Positions 14,514 to 31,739 of a stretch of 64,000 bases of DNA are shown here, one piece after another. A program made the position numbers and the translations under genes. Numbering within the stretch: the first letter of the stretch is position 1; the number at the start of each line of letters is the position of its first letter. The notes below the pieces were generated by a model. That model saw nothing but the letters and a program-made list of their open reading frames with translations, was not told where the DNA came from and ran no database searches. Source of the DNA: Eledone cirrhosa (taxonomy: Eukaryota); NCBI GenBank assembly GCA_964016885.1, contig OZ024761.1, forward strand, positions 27,032,001 through 27,096,000, given 5' to 3'.

Positions 14514-15822
14514 TCAGCCAAATTAAAGAACGTAAACATTATTACAAGTAGTGTAAACATGAATTAATGAACATAAATGTACCACCAAGAAGGCTGCCTC
14601 AAGATATGCACTTCAAGAAGAAATACAACATATGCTTACGTCTACGACATAATTATGGCTGGAAAGGACATTCATTGAACATGAAGAATCTACTAGAGAT
14701 AGAAGACAACAGAAACGAATATTTGTTATGATATTAAATATATTTCTTATACTGTCATGGCTTTTCTTTAAAACGTTTGAATCTCAATAAGGTGGAACAG
14801 ATATTAATTACATTTGTTATATCATTATACTTTATCTTTAACTTTACTTATTATTTCTAACTCTTATTAGAAAGAACACAAACTTAATAAAATCCTATAT
14901 CTGTATAAATATGTGTGTTTGTATTAAAGTAAATAATAATATGCATGTTGACGAGTTGTAAAAACCAAGGAAGTCAATCTACAGTTCTACACTAACTCAG
15001 ACGCCCCCCCGCCCACAAAAATAGACATGTTTCGTCTAATAAACGAATGTCAAATAATTGTTTCGGAAATACCGATGTAACACTAAATATATTACCGGTG
15101 CAACTATGTCAATTAAGCCTTTTATAAACTCACTCTAGTCATTTCAAATCGTGTTGAGAGTAACGGGAATAAGAAAAAATAAACCGTTTGCCGAAGTTTC
15201 TAAATTTGTTAAAAATAATAGCGAAATCTGTGTCCAATGTATAATAAACCGGGACATTCACTGAACATGACAAATCTACTACAGATAGAAGACATCAGAA
15301 ACGACCATCCTACCTGAAATATTATATGTTATTTTAAATATATTTCTTTTACTATTATGTTTTTTTTTAAAAAAGATTGAGTCTGAATAAAGTGTAGAAA
15401 ACTACAATTTAACTGTTGTTATATCATTATATTTTAGATTCAACTTAATAATAAAATCCGATATGTGTATAGATATAATGTGTGTGAAAATATAATAATA
15501 AACTAGTTATACACTAACGCAGCCGACATAAGAAATGTTACCTCTAACGACCGACTGCCAAACAGACTATGGCTCAGATATACCGGTGTAAAGCTAAAAA
15601 TGTTAACGGTGGAACAATTTCAGTTTACCCTTTTATAGACACACTCCAGTCATTTCAAATTGTGTTCAAAGTACCGGGAATAAAATATACAAAAAAACAT
15701 TTCCCGAAGTTTCTAAATCTGTTAAAGATAACAGCCAAATCTCTCACTCTGTCTCCGATGTGTAATAAACGGTGACACACATATATATATAGAAAGAGAG
15801 AAACAGATATGTTTATATATAC

Positions 15823-15856
<34 letters not shown>

Positions 15857-17448
15857 ATATTAGTGAATATAATAGTATGTATATAAATATGCGTGTAATT
15901 AAATGTATATTATTCATATACAGGTATTCCGATGTATTTGCGTGTGTTATGGTCCTAGAGTACCCGAGTATATTGAAAAACCGCGAACATTGGAGGTGGT
16001 CCATAAAAGTGCCTATAAACCTCAAAATATAACGTAAACTATAATAAACAATAGAGGGATCGCCTTTTGCGAAGGGGCGTCCAATAGACCGGCAAATACG
16101 ATATATTGTGATTAGTAATTTAGCGTTAAAACAATATATATTGTCATGAAATATAGAAATAGTTTTGACTGCTCTTTCTAGCATACTCTAGAAAAAACCG
16201 GAAGTGGAGAAAATTGAAAAACTTCTTCTTTTTCTTCCTCTAACTTTTCAAACAAAAGAAAATTTTATGTAAACAAAAACGAAATTTTTGCCACGAACGA
16301 TAACTCGTCTCTGACTTAAATCCAAATTTTGGATAAAAAAAGCGTGTATGAAGTTTTCATATACACACTTGTTATTACTAGCTAGTCCTTATTTTATTTT
16401 GTTTTGGGGTCTTTGACTCCTATTTCTAGCATGGCAGACCTTTTCCTGTTGTTCACTATGCATGTATGCATAAATACATGGATGTATGTACATATATATG
16501 TATATATATATAAACTTTAATATAATCTTACAATAAATATTTGCTCTAGGGTATTTTATATATATATATATTATATACATAAAATCTTTATCGAGCTGTC
16601 TTCGGATTTTAGTTTTCACATTTATTATTACTATTTATATATATATAAATATATATATGTATGCGTTTATATATGTATATGATTATATATACATTTATAT
16701 AGATTTAAATGTATGGAAAAGTATGGTTATATAGATACCTGTATATATATATATATTATAATATATATATATTTATATATATTTCTTTATATATATATGT
16801 GTGCATATATAAACACACACACACAAACACACACACATATATATATATATATTTCTTTATACACTAGCAATATATTGAGTACATTTTATTTAATGTGGTT
16901 TCCACCTGACAGGGTGAGTCACAGCTAATGGCATCTATTGCCCAGAGTAGAAGATTTAACTGCTATGTCTAGCAGGTTTGGAATCTAATATTTTCCAAAC
17001 AATTTTCCTTTACAACCTCCACTATGAACTTGATTTCAAATTACCGGGCAGTCGGTTGATAATGGTAAACTGAAATATCTACACCGGTAACTTAATTAGT
17101 GTTACACCGCTATTGTTCAAACATAATCTATTTGGCATTCCTTAACGAAAGGTAGTTTGTTGTGTCGTCTTCAATAGAGTATGTATACATACACGTATTC
17201 CTAAACAGTTTGACATTTATTCATAAGAGGTAATGGTTTTATTTAGACCTCGTCTCTTTTAGAATAGATATACTCACAACACATCCATAAATTAATGAAT
17301 TTCTCTATAATATGATATTAACGTTTTTATTTTTTACGAAAAAGCGTATTGTATATGTAGTTATACATGCATTAAATTTAATATAAACACTCCGTTTGGG
17401 GTACAAATATTAATTATATTATTTTACATACACATCCATTATACAAAA

Positions 17449-17486
<38 letters not shown>

Positions 17487-20400
17487 CTATTTATTTGTAT
17501 CTTTGTGTAACTAGAATTACAGGTGATTCGCCCCACCTCCAAGTAATTGATACTGTGACAAGACGGTTTCAGTTGGGTTTTATTCCAGAATTAAAGCAAC
17601 TGTAAATTGTAAATAAAATTATGAACGAAAACACTGTTGCAGCATACATATAAACTTTATTGGCATATTAGAATTGTTTCAATATCGATATCTTTGGGTA
17701 GAATCATATATAGAAACAGAGATAGATTGATAGTGTGTGTGTTATTTTTCACCTGAAATCAATATGCAAGCTGGCCCTTGTGTCTTCATTTTAAAGCGAC
17801 ATATTTCTACCTCCCGGTGATTTGAACTCAGTTTCAAGTTACTCGATAGTATAATGAAGCAGAGAGACTATAAAAACGCTACACCGGTGGCATATTTAGT
17901 TTTACACCGGTACGACGTGCATGAAAGAGGTAATGTTTTATTTGTCTTCTGTGTTACAGGATAACACTAGTTTAATTTTTTTAATTTATCCTACATGTTT
18001 GTAATATATATTCTCAACATAGCTATGATTTTATCTCAATTAGTAATTTCAACACTTCGGAGGTTACTGCTCACATTTCATCTCTTCCACTAAGACACTC
18101 TCCACAGACTTTCCTCTCCTCGTATCATCACCTAATGTTGTGTGAATCGCCACAAAGCCAAAGTTTCTCATTTCTAGCCCTTCTTGTCCAGAATGTCAGC
18201 TCCATGGAACTCCCTGTTTACTTCTTTCTGTAACAACAAGGTTTACAATACTTGAAGTACATTGAATTTGGTTTCGGTGTATCTATAATAAAAACAAACC
18301 CACCCCAAGCGTGTGTGTAAAATAAACGCAAGGTTTGACCGAACAAGAATATAAAATTTATTCCTTCTGACATTTACATCTTTTACATGGTATTATATTT
18401 TCATCATTACAGTGTCGAGAAAATGAAGTATCAGTAAAGAACTGGGATTATTGCTGGAATTATACTAAAATTAGAAAGAATTATATGAAGGGTTTTATGT
18501 ACATTAAACAATAAAATGACTACTACACTTAACGACACTTTGATATTAATAGACATATTAGTCTTCATAGTAACTTAAGAGTTTACTAGCTAGTTCATTT
18601 ATGTGTGTTTGTCTTATCTGTAAAGAGAGTTTGAAATGGTATGAAAAGGTGTTGAATTGAAGCATGTTTATTTATATGCTGATAGTCATACCACGAGGGA
18701 GAGAAAAATAAAGCTTTAAATGGTATGACTACGTGTTCAAATTAAGCAAGTTTCTCATAGTATGAGGATAAAAAAAAATTAACGTTATAATAAGTTGATT
18801 CGAAAGCCAACCACTGCATTCCCTAGTTCTATGTCTTACCACTAGACTATAAGGACCTAGACAATTTTTTTGTGAATCTATATCTATATAAACTTATTTT
18901 CAGTCTAACAATAAAATAGCTTTAAATGTGTTAATTTTCACTACATATTTGTTGGTCTGTAGGTGGGCGTGTGGGTAGTAGTGGTTTATCTATGCATGCT
19001 TTATGTATGTATAGATTTGGGGGTAGTGTTTCAATCTTCTTTATCTAAAATTAAAAGTATTTATATTTTTTTTTTAAATTAAAAGAACGCTCTCTATCTT
19101 CTGGGCTACCCGGGGCCACTATTATCTCGAAGCCACCTTTTTAGTTCCCCCTACGCCCGAACCTTCACTACCTAGCTACACAACCATTACCTACGATACA
19201 ACATCACTTTACCACACGTCTACCAAGCTGCCGTAATTCTACTGTGCAAATTTGATATATTTAAATCTAATTTAGCATTTCTTCATTGAAGAACCATTTA
19301 GGGTTTACGGCATAAGCGAAAAAAAAAATATTTACTATTTCATTAGCTCTGGCAGGTATCGAAAACCTCATATATAGATTCATTTTAATTTCACCTACGT
19401 CAGAATCACGCATACATATTATTAATTTAAAAAAAAAAAAAAAAAAAATCATTTTCAGCGACAAAATACATACCTCCACTCGAGATATGTGTGTGTGTGT
19501 GTGTGTGTTTGTGTATATTTTTATTATTATTATTCTGAACTGTAGTTTTAATTAAAAAAATATATATTATACTATTTCCTGTGTCCTCGCAGATATTGCA
19601 ACTACATCTCTCTAGATTCATTTAAATACATTGCATTTGACTTACGTGAAATTAAGTATCATATAATTACTTTTTCAAATTTTGTTTTCAAGTATCAAAA
19701 TAAAAATACATTAGTAAGGTTTTCCACCTCATAAATGTGTGGTGGTTATAGACACTTAACTATTGTTATAGGGCTGTCGTATTTACAACTATGTGGGCAT
19801 CTAATCCTTCCATCCTGCTGGTCTAAAAACAGCCAATTTATTTTTCCAGAGAGAGACATTTATTATGACTTTAAACGCTAATTTTTCACTTCACTTACGA
19901 TTCCTTTTTCCTCTCTTTAGATTGAATAAACAAAACCCTTTTCCGTCTACAATTATATTCAACGTAGCTCATATCAGTCTTCACAGTAAAGATTTTGCTA
20001 CATCTCATTCAAGCTGGTATGATAGTAACCACAAAGTAAAGTGTTTAGCTCAACATTTATTCCGTAGTAAGTGTCATAAGAAAGGTTTGTCTGTCTAAAA
20101 ACCTAACAAGTAGATTTCAAATTTATTGCTAATTAAACAAAACTTTAAAATAATCCATACTAAAGCCACAACCATTTATTATCTACGTCTCACCCGAAGA
20201 AAAAAAACGATCAAATTATTACGAGGAGTGTAGACAGATGGATAAAGCTAATAAACAATTAATTTATACATATGCATGTACGTATTGTGTTTAAATATAC
20301 TCCAACACAGACGGTGCCTACGAAAAACATAACATTACCGCCTATGAACAAATTTTGGCGTAATACTTACTAAATCTATTTTACCATTTGCTTAATGAAC

Positions 20401-21591
20401 AAGCACATACATTGTTTGATATAATGAAAAAAAAAATATATATATATATACATATTACTATTTCATAAGCTCTGGCAGGTATCGAAAACCTCATATATAG
20501 ATTTATTTTAATTTCACTTACGTCGAAAACATATACATAATTATTTTTTTATAATTTATCGATTGGGTTTCCAATCTCAGAAATATCTCCACTAGAGATG
20601 TGTGTGTTTCTCTTTATTATTCCTTTGAAATGATTTTTAGTCCTGGTAGATGTTGAAATCCCATCAATAGATTCATTTAAATATATTTTATTTGACTTAC
20701 GTGAATTTAAAAAATGATATAATTATCTTTAAAATTTTCCTTTCCAGTACAAAAATAAAAATACATTAGTATGTATTTCAGTCACACAAATGCGTTGGTT
20801 TCATAGACACTTAACTATTGTTGCAGGGATGCCGTAAATAGCGTCATGTGGGCATTTATACTACCCGGTTGAGACAATCCCAGCCTCCTAGTATACAAAT
20901 AGCCGATTAATTTTGCGAGAGAGAAAGAGATACTTTTATTATGTCTTTAAACGTTACTTTTGCGATTGAACTTTTCCTTTTTCCTCCCTTTAGACTGAAT
21001 AAACCCAAACATTTTACGGCTACAATTCTATTCAACATTACGATATCTGCTTCAATCCGTTATTGGTGTGGTGGAGGAGTAGAACACAAAATAAAATGTC
21101 GAGTTAATTATTTACTCCGTAAAAAGTGTCAAACGGTGGCACACTGGTATAAGATTTGGTGGTATAAACAAACTAACAAATAGATTTCAAATTTATCGGC
21201 AGCTAAACAAAACTTTAAAATAAGCAATAATGAAGACAATTCAGACCAAATCTCACTTCCATATTAGCCTTTCAATTCAGTAGACCCTAATTACTTTATT
21301 AATAATCACAAAACAAGGCCACTTATTCACACGAGTCCAGACAAAATATTCATTTAACAAGAATTACTACAACGATAGTGCAAGAAAATCGTTGTTTCTA
21401 AATCAGAGAACGTTTCTATAACAAACACAAGCGTATTAAAAGTAACAGGAATATTCATATTGCATAGAACCAGGAAATAACTGCTATCAAATAGATGTTC
21501 TAGTGGCTAAGAACTTAATAGTTCCAGTTGTAATTGTGTTACACATATTCAGTAAGTATTTGCTAATTGAAATTATACTTTAAGGTATACT
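14463..21591. repeat. Repeat unit copy 3
   Basis: Direct comparison. Confidence 0.97.
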
Positions 21592-21603
21592 AAACTCACA
21601 AAC

Positions 21604-21664
<61 letters not shown>

Positions 21665-22946
21665 TCAGCCAAATTAAAGAACGTAAACATTATTACAAGT
21701 AGTGTAAACATGAATTAAAGAACATAAATGTACCACCAAGAAGGCTGCCTCAAGATATGCACTTCAAGAAGAAATACAACATATGCTTACGTCTACGACA
21801 TAATTATGGCTGGAAAGGACATTCATTGAACATGAAGAATCTACTAGAGATAGAAGACAACAGAAACGAATATTTGTTATGATATTAAATATATTTCTTA
21901 TACTGTCATGGCTTTTCTTTAAAACGTTTGAATCTCAATAAGGTGGAACAGATATTAATTACATTTGTTATATCATTATACTTTATCTTTAACTTTACTT
22001 ATTATTTCTAACTCTTATTAGAAAGAACACAAACTTAATAAAATCCTATATCTGTATAAATATGTGTGTTTGTATTAAAGTAAATAATAATATGCATGTT
22101 GACGAGTTGTAAAAACCAAGGAAGTCAATCTACAGTTCTACACTAACTCAGACGCCCCCCCGCCCACAAAAATAGACATGTTTCGTCTAATAAACGAATG
22201 TCAAATAATTGTTTCGGAAATACCGATGTAACACTAAATATATTACCGGTGCAACTATGTCAATTAAGCCTTTTATAAACTCACTCTAGTCATTTCAAAT
22301 CGTGTTGAGAGTAACGGGAATAAGAAAAAATAAACCGTTTGCCGAAGTTTCTAAATTTGTTAAAAATAATAGCGAAATCTGTGTCCAATGTATAATAAAC
22401 CGGGACATTCACTGAACATGACAAATCTACTACAGATAGAAGACATCAGAAACGACCATCCTACCTGAAATATTATATGTTATTTTAAATATATTTCTTT
22501 TACTATTATGTTTTTTTTTAAAAAAGATTGAGTCTGAATAAAGTGTAGAAAACTACAATTTAACTGTTGTTATATCATTATATTTTAGATTCAACTTAAT
22601 AATAAAATCCGATATGTGTATAGATATAATGCGTGTGAAAATATAATAATAAACTAGTTATACACTAACGCAGCCGACATAAGAAATGTTACCTCTAACG
22701 ACCGACTGCCAAACAGACTATGGCTCAGATATACCGGTGTAAAGCTAAAAATGTTAACGGTGGAACAATTTCAGTTTACCCTTTTATAGACACACTCCAG
22801 TCATTTCAAATTGTGTTCAAAGTACCGGGAATAAAATATACAAAAAAACATTTCCCGAAGTTTCTAAATCTGTTAAAGATAACAGCCAAATCTCTCACTC
22901 TGTCTCCGATGTGTAATATATATAGAAAGAGAGAAACAGATATGTT

Positions 22947-22987
<41 letters not shown>

Positions 22988-24579
22988 ATATTAGTGAATA
23001 TAATAGTATGTATATAAATATGCGTGTAATTAAATGTATATCATTCATATACAGGTATTCCGATGTATTTGCGTGTGTTATGGTCCTAGAGTACCCGAGT
23101 ATATTGAAAAACCGCGAACATTGGAGGAGGTCCATAAAAGTGCCTATAAACCTCAAAATATAACGTAAACTATAATAAACAATAGAGGGATCGCCTTTTG
23201 CGAAGGGGCGTCCAATAGACCGGCAAATACGATATATTGTGATTAGTAATTTAGCGTTAAAACAATATATATTGTCATGAAATATATAAATAGTTTTGAC
23301 TGCTCTTTCTAGCATACTCTAGAAAAAACCGGAAGTGGAGAAAATTGAAAAACTTCTTCTTTTTCTTCCTCTAACTTTTCAAACAAAAGAAAATTTTATG
23401 TAAACAAAAACGAAATTTTTGCCACGAACGATAACTCGTCTCTGACTTAAATCCAAATTTTGGATAAAAAAAGCGTGTATGAAGTTTTCATATACACACT
23501 TGTTATTACTAGCTAGTCCTTATTTTATTTTGTTTTGGGGTCTTTGACTCCTATTTCTAGCATGACAGACCTTTTCCTTTTGTTCACTATGCATGTATGC
23601 ATAAATACATGGATGTATGTACATATATATGTATATATATATAAACTTTAATATAATCTTACAATAAATATTTGCTCTAGGGTATTTTATATATATATAT
23701 ATTATATACATAAAATCTTTATCGAGCTGTCTTCGGATTTTAGTTTTCACATTTATTATTACTATTTATATATATATAAATATATATATGTATGCGTTTA
23801 TATATGTATATGATTATATATACATTTATATAGATTTAAATGTATGGAAAAGTATGGTTATATAGATACCTGTATATATATATATATATTATAATATATA
23901 TATATTTATATATATTTCTTTATATATATATGTGTGCATATATAAACACACACACACAAACACACACATATATATATATATATTTCTTTATACACTAGCA
24001 ATATATTGAGTACATTTTATTTAATGTGGTTTCCACCTGACAGGGTGAGTCACAGCTAATGGCATCTATTGCCCAGAGTAGAAGATTTAACTGCTATGTC
24101 TAGCAGGTCTGGAATCTAATATTTTCCAAACAATTTTCCTTTACAACCTCCACTATGAACTTGATTTCAAATTACCGGGCAGTCGGTTGATAATGGTAAA
24201 CTGAAATATCTACACCGGTAACTTAATTAGTGTTACACCGCTATTGTTCAAACATAATCTATTTGGCATTCCTTAACGAAAGGTAGTTTGTTGTGTCGTC
24301 TTCAATAGAGTATGTATACATACACGTATTCCTAAACAGTTTGACATTTATTCATAAGAGGTAATGGTTTTATTTAGACCTCGTCTCTTTTAGAATATAT
24401 ATACTCACAACACATCCATAAATTAATGAATTTCTCTATAATATGATATTAACGTTTTCATTTTTTACGAAAAAGCGTATTGTATATGTAGTTATACATG
24501 CATTAAATTTAATATAAACACTCCGTTTGGGGCACAAATATTAATTATATTATTTTACATACACATCCATTATACAAAA

Positions 24580-24641
<62 letters not shown>

Positions 24642-27600
24642 ATTTATTTGTGTCTTTGTGTAACTAGAATTACAGGTGATTCGCCCCACCTCCAAGTAAT
24701 TGATACTGTGACAAGACGGTTTCAGTTGGGTTTTATTCCAGAATTAAAGCAACTGTAAATTGTAAATAAAATTATGAACGAAAACACTGTTGCAGCATAC
24801 ATATAAACTTTATTGGCATATTAGAATTGTTTCAATATCGATATCTTTGGGTAGAATCATATATAGAAACAGAGATAGATTGATAGTGTGCGTGTTATTT
24901 TTCACCTGAAATCAATATGCAAGCTGGCCCTTGTGTCTTCATTTTAAAGCGACATATTTCTACCTCCCGGTGATTTGAACTCAGTTTCAAGTTACTCGAT
25001 AGTATAATGAAGCAGAGAGACTATAAAAACGCTACACCGGTGGCATATTTAGTTTTACACCGGTACGACGTGCATGAAAGAGGTAATGTTTTATTTGTCT
25101 TCTGTGTTACAGGATAACACTAGTTTAATTTTTTTAATTTATCCTACATGTTTGTAATATATATTCTCAACATAGCTATGATTTTATCTCAATTAGTAAT
25201 TTCAACACTTCGGAGGTTACTGCTCACATTTCATCTCTTCCACTAAGACACTCTCCACAGACTTTCCTCTCCTCGTATCATCACCTAATGTTGTGTGAAT
25301 CGCCACAAAGCCAAAGTTTCTCATTTCTAGCCCTTCTTGTCCAGAATGTCAGCTCCATGGAACTCCCTGTTTACTTCTTTCTGTAACAACAAGGTTTACA
25401 ATACTTGAAGTACATTGAATTTGGTTTCGGTGTATCTATAATAAAAACAAACCCACCCCAAGCGTGTGTGTAAAATAAACGCAAGGTTTGACCGAACAAG
25501 AATATAAAATTTATTCCTTCTGACATTTACATCTTTTACATGGTATTATATTTTCATCATTACAGTGTCGAGAAATGAAGTATCAGTAAAGAACTGGGAT
25601 TATTGCTGGAATTATACTAAAATTAGAAAGAATTATATGAAGGGTTTTATGTACATTAAACAATAAAATGACTACTACACTTAACGACACTTTGATATTA
25701 ATAGACATATTAGTCTTCATAGTAACTTAAGAGTTTACTAGCTAGTTCATTTATGTGTGTTTGTCTTATCTGTAAAGAGAGTTTGAAATGGTATGAAAAG
25801 GTGTTGAATTGAAGCATGTTTATTTATATGCTGATAGTCATACCACGAGGGAGAGAAAAATAAAGCTTTAAATGGTATGACTACGTGTTCAAATTAAGCA
25901 AGTTTCTCATAGTATGAGGATAAAAAAAAATTAACGTTATAATAAGTTGATTCGAAAGCCAACCACTGCATTCCCTAGTTCTATGTCTTACCACTAGACT
26001 ATAAGGACCTAGACAATTTTTTTGTGAATCTATATCTATATAAACTTATTTTCAGTCTAACAATAAAATAGCTTTAAATGTGTTAATTTTCACTACATAT
26101 TTGTTGGTCTGTAGGTGGGCGTGTGGGTAGTAGTGGTTTATCTATGCATGCTTTATGTATGTATAGATTTGGGGGTAGTGTTTCAATGTTCTTTATCTAA
26201 AATTAAAAGTATTTATATATTTTTTTTAAATTAAAAGAACGCTCTCTATCTTCTGGGCTACCCGGGGCCACTATTATCTCGAAGCCACCTTTTTAGTTCC
26301 CCCTACGCCCGAACCTTCACTACCTAGCTACACAACCATTACCTACGATACAACATCACTTTACCACACGTCTACCAAGCTGCCGTAATTCTACTGTGCA
26401 AATTTGATATATTTAAATCTAATTTAGCATTTCTTCATTGAAGAACCATTTAGGGTTTACGGCATAAGCGAAAAAAAAAATATTTACTATTTCATTAGCT
26501 CTGGCAGGTATCGAAAACCTCATATATAGATTCATTTTAATTTCACCTACGTCAGAATCACGCATACATATTATTAATTTAAAAAAAAAAAAAAAAAATC
26601 ATTTTCAGCGACAAAATACATACCTCCACTCGAGACATGCGTGTGTGTGTATATTTTTATTATTATTCTGAACTGTAGTTTTAATTAAAAAAATATATAT
26701 TATACTATTTCCTGTGTCCTCGCAGATATTGCAACTACATCTCTCTAGATTCATTTAAATACATTGCATTTGACTTACGTGAAATTAAGTATCATATAAT
26801 TACTTTTTCAAATTTTGTTTTCAAGTATCAAAATAAAAATACATTAGTAAGGTTTTCCACCTCATAAATGTGTGGTGGTTATAGACACTTAACTATTGTT
26901 ATAGGGCTGTCGTATTTACAACTATGTGGGCATCTAATCCTTCCATCCTGCTGGTCTAAAAACAGCCAATTTATTTTTCCAGACTTTAAACGCTAATTTT
27001 TCACTTCACTTACGATTCCCTTTTCCTCTCTTTACATTGAATAAACAAAACCCTTTTCCGTCTACAATTATATTCAACGTAGCTCATATCAGTCTTCACA
27101 GTAAAGATTTTGCTACATCTCATTCAAGCTGGTATGATAGTAACCACAAAGTAAAGTGTTTAGCTCAACATTTATTCCGTAGTAAGTGTCATAAGAAAGG
27201 TTTGTCTGTCTAAAAACCTAACAAGTAGATTTCAAATTTATTGCTAATTAAACAAAACTTTAAAATAATCCATACTAAAGCCACAACCATTTATTATCTA
27301 CGTCTCACCCGAAGAAAAAAAACGATCAAATTATTACGAGGAGTGTAGACAGATGGATAAAGCTAATAAACAATTAATTTATACATATGCATGTACGTAT
27401 TGTGTTTAAATATACTCCAACACAGACGGTGCCTACGAAAAACATAACATTACCGCCTATGAACAAATTTTGGCGTAATACTTACTAAATCTATTTTACC
27501 ATTTGCTTAATGAACAAGCACATACATTGTTTGATATAATGAAAAAAAAAATATATATATATATACATATTACTATTTCATAAGCTCTGGCAGGTATCGA

Positions 27601-28706
27601 AAACCTCATATATAGATTTATTTTAATTTCACTTACGTCGAAAACATATACATAATTATTTTTTTATAATTTATCGATTGGGTTTCCAATCTCAGAAATA
27701 TCTCCACTAGAGATGTGTGTGTTTCTCTTTATTATTCCTTTGAAATGATTTTTAGTCCTGGTAGATGTTGAAATCCCATCAATAGATTCATTTAAATATA
27801 TTTTATTTGACTTACGTGAATTTAAAAAATGATATAATTATCTTTAAAATTTTCCTTTCCAGTACAAAAATAAAAATACATTAGTATGTATTTCAGTCAC
27901 ACAAATGCGTTGGTTTCATAGACACTTAACTATTGTTGCAGGGATGCCGTAAATAGCGTCATGTGGGCATTTATACTACCCGGTTGAGACAATCCCAGCC
28001 TCCTAGTATACAAATAGCCGATTAATTTTGCGAGAGAGAAAGAGATACTTTTATTATGTCTTTAAACGTTACTTTTGCGATTGAACTTTTCCTTTTTCCT
28101 CCCTTTAGACTGAATAAACCCAAACATTTTACGGCTACAATTCTATTCAACATTACGATATCTGCTTCAATCTGTTATTGGTGTGGTGGAGGAGTAGAAC
28201 ACAAAATAAAATGTCGAGTTAATTATTTACTCCGTAAAAAGTGTCAAACGGTGGCACACTGGTATAAGATTTGGTGGTATAAACAAACTAACAAATAGAT
28301 TTCAAATTTATCGGCAGCTAAACAAAACTTTAAAATAAGCAATAATGAAGACAATTCAGACCAAATCTCACTTCCATATTAGCCTTTCAATTCAGTAGAC
28401 CCTAATTACTTTATTAATAATCACAAAACAAGGCCACTTATTCACACGAGTCCAGACAAAATATTCATTTAACAAGAATTACTACAACGATAGTGCAAGA
28501 AAATCGTTGTTTCTAAATCAGAGAACGTTTCTATAACAAACACAAGCGTATTAAAAGTAACAGGAATATTCATATTGCATAGAACCAGGAAATAACTGCT
28601 ATCAAATAGATGTTCTAGTGGCTAAGAACTTAATAGTTCCAGTTGTAATTGTGTTACACATATTCAGTAAGTATTTGCTAATTGAAATTATACTTTAAGG
28701 TATACT
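21592..28706. repeat. Repeat unit copy 4 (two private small deletions near 22918 and 26982)
   Basis: Direct comparison. Confidence 0.97.
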
Positions 28707-28718
28707 AAACTCACAAAC

Positions 28719-28759
<41 letters not shown>

Positions 28760-30069
28760 TCAGCCAAATTAAAGAACGTAAACATTATTACAAGTAGTGT
28801 AAACATGAATTAAAGAACATAAATGTACCACCAAGAAGGCTGCCTCAAGATATGCACTTCAAGAAGAAATACAACATATGCTTACGTCTACGACATAATT
28901 ATGGCTGGAAAGGACATTCATTGAACATGAAGAATCTACTAGAGATAGAAGACAACAGAAACGAATATTTGTTATGATATTAAATATATTTCTTATACTG
29001 TCATGGCTTTTCTTTAAAACGTTTGAATCTCAATAAGGTGGAACAGATATTAATTACATTTGTTATATCATTATACTTTATCTTTAACTTTACTTATTAT
29101 TTCTAACTCTTATTAGAAAGAACACAAACTTAATAAAATCCTATATCTGTATAAATATGTGTGTTTGTATTAAAGTAAATAATAATATGCATGTTGACGA
29201 GTTGTAAAAACCAAGGAAGTCAATCTACAGTTCTACACTAACTCAGACGCCCCCCCCGCCCACAAAAATAGACATGTTTCGTCTAATAAACGAATGTCAA
29301 ATAATTGTTTCGGAAATACCGATGTAACACTAAATATATTACCGGTGCAACTATGTCAATTAAGCCTTTTATAAACTCACTCTAGTCATTTCAAATCGTG
29401 TTGAGAGTAACGGGAATAAGAAAAAATAAACCGTTTGCCGAAGTTTCTAAATTTGTTAAAAATAATAGCGAAATCTGTGTCCAATGTATAATAAACCGGG
29501 ACATTCACTGAACATGACAAATCTACTACAGATAGAAGACATCAGAAACGACCATCCTACCTGAAATATTATATGTTATTTTAAATATATTTCTTTTACT
29601 ATTATGTTTTTTTTTAAAAAAGATTGAGTCTGAATAAAGTGTAGAAAACTACAATTTAACTGTTGTTATATCATTATATTTTAGATTCAACTTAATAATA
29701 AAATCCGATATGTGTATAGATATAATGTGTGTGAAAATATAATAATAAACTAGTTATACACTAACGCAGCCGACATAAGAAATGTTACCTCTAACGACCG
29801 ACTGCCAAACAGACTATGGCTCAGATATACCGGTGTAAAGCTAAAAATGTTAACGGTGGAACAATTTCAGTTTACCCTTTTATAGACACACTCCAGTCAT
29901 TTCAAATTGTGTTCAAAGTACCGGGAATAAAATATACAAAAAAACATTTCCCGAAGTTTCTAAATCTGTTAAAGATAACAGCCAAATCTCTCACTCTGTC
30001 TCCGATGTGTAATAAACGGTGACACACATATAAATATAGAAAGAGAGAAACAGATATGTTTATATATAC

Positions 30070-30103
<34 letters not shown>

Positions 30104-31695
30104 ATATTAGTGAATATAATAGTATGTATATAAATATGCGTGTAATTAAATGTATATTATTCATATACAGGTATTCCGATGTATTTGCGTGTGTTATGGT
30201 CCTAGAGTACCCGAGTATATTGAAAAACCGCGAACATTGGAGGTGGTCCATAAAAGTGCCTATAAACCTCAAAATATAACGTAAACTATAATAAACAATA
30301 GAGGGATCGCCTTTTGCGAAGGGGCGTCCAATAGACCGGCAAATACGATATATTGTGATTAGTAATTTAGCGTTAAAACAATATATATTGTCATGAAATA
30401 TATAAATAGTTTTGACTGCTCTTTCTAGCATACTCTAGAAAAAACCGGAAGTGGAGAAAATTGAAAAACTTCTTCTTTTTCTTCCTCTAACTTTTCAAAC
30501 AAAAGAAAATTTTATGTAAACAAAAACGAAATTTTTGCCACGAACGATAACTCGTCTCTGACTTAAATCCAAATTTTGGATAAAAAAAGCGTGTATGAAG
30601 TTTTCATATACACACTTGTTATTACTAGCTAGTCCTTATTTTATTTTGTTTTGGGGTCTTTGACTCCTATTTCTAGCATGACAGACCTTTTCCTGTTGTT
30701 CACTATGCATGTATGCATAAATACATGGATGTATGTACATATATATGTATATATATATAAACTTTAATATAATCTTACAATAAATATTTGCTCTAGGGTA
30801 TTTTATATATATATATATTATATACATAAAATCTTTATCGAGCTGTCTTCGGATTTTAGTTTTCACATTTATTATTACTATTTATATATATATAAATATA
30901 TATATGTATGCGTTTATATATGTATATGATTATATATACATTTATATAGATTTAAATGTATGGAAAAGTATGGTTATATAGATACCTGTATATATATATA
31001 TATTATAATATATATATATTTATATATATTTCTTTATATATATATGTGTGCATATATAAACACACACACACAAACACACACACATATATATATATATATT
31101 TCTTTATACACTAGCAATATATTGAGTACATTTTATTTAATGTGGTTTCCACCTGACAGGGTGAGTCACAGCTAATGGCATCTATTGCCCAGAGTAGAAG
31201 ATTTAACTGCTATGTCTAGCAGGTTTGGAATCTAATATTTTCCAAACAATTTTCCTTTACAACCTCCACTATGAACTTGATTTCAAATTACCGGGCAGTC
31301 GGTTGATAATGGTAAACTGAAATATCTACACCGGTAACTTAATTAGTGTTACACCGCTATTGTTCAAACATAATCTATTTGGCATTCCTTAACGAAAGGT
31401 AGTTTGTTGTGTCGTCTTCAATAGAGTATGTATACATACACGTATTCCTAAACAGTTTGACATTTATTCATAAGAGGTAATGGTTTTATTTAGACCTCGT
31501 CTCTTTTAGAATATATATACTCACAACACATCCATAAATTAATGAATTTCTCTATAATATGATATTAACGTTTTTATTTTTTACGAAAAAGCGTATTGTA
31601 TATGTAGTTATACATGCATTAAATTTAATATAAACACTCCGTTTGGGGCACAAATATTAATTATATTATTTTACATACACATCCATTATACAAAA

Positions 31696-31739
<44 letters not shown>
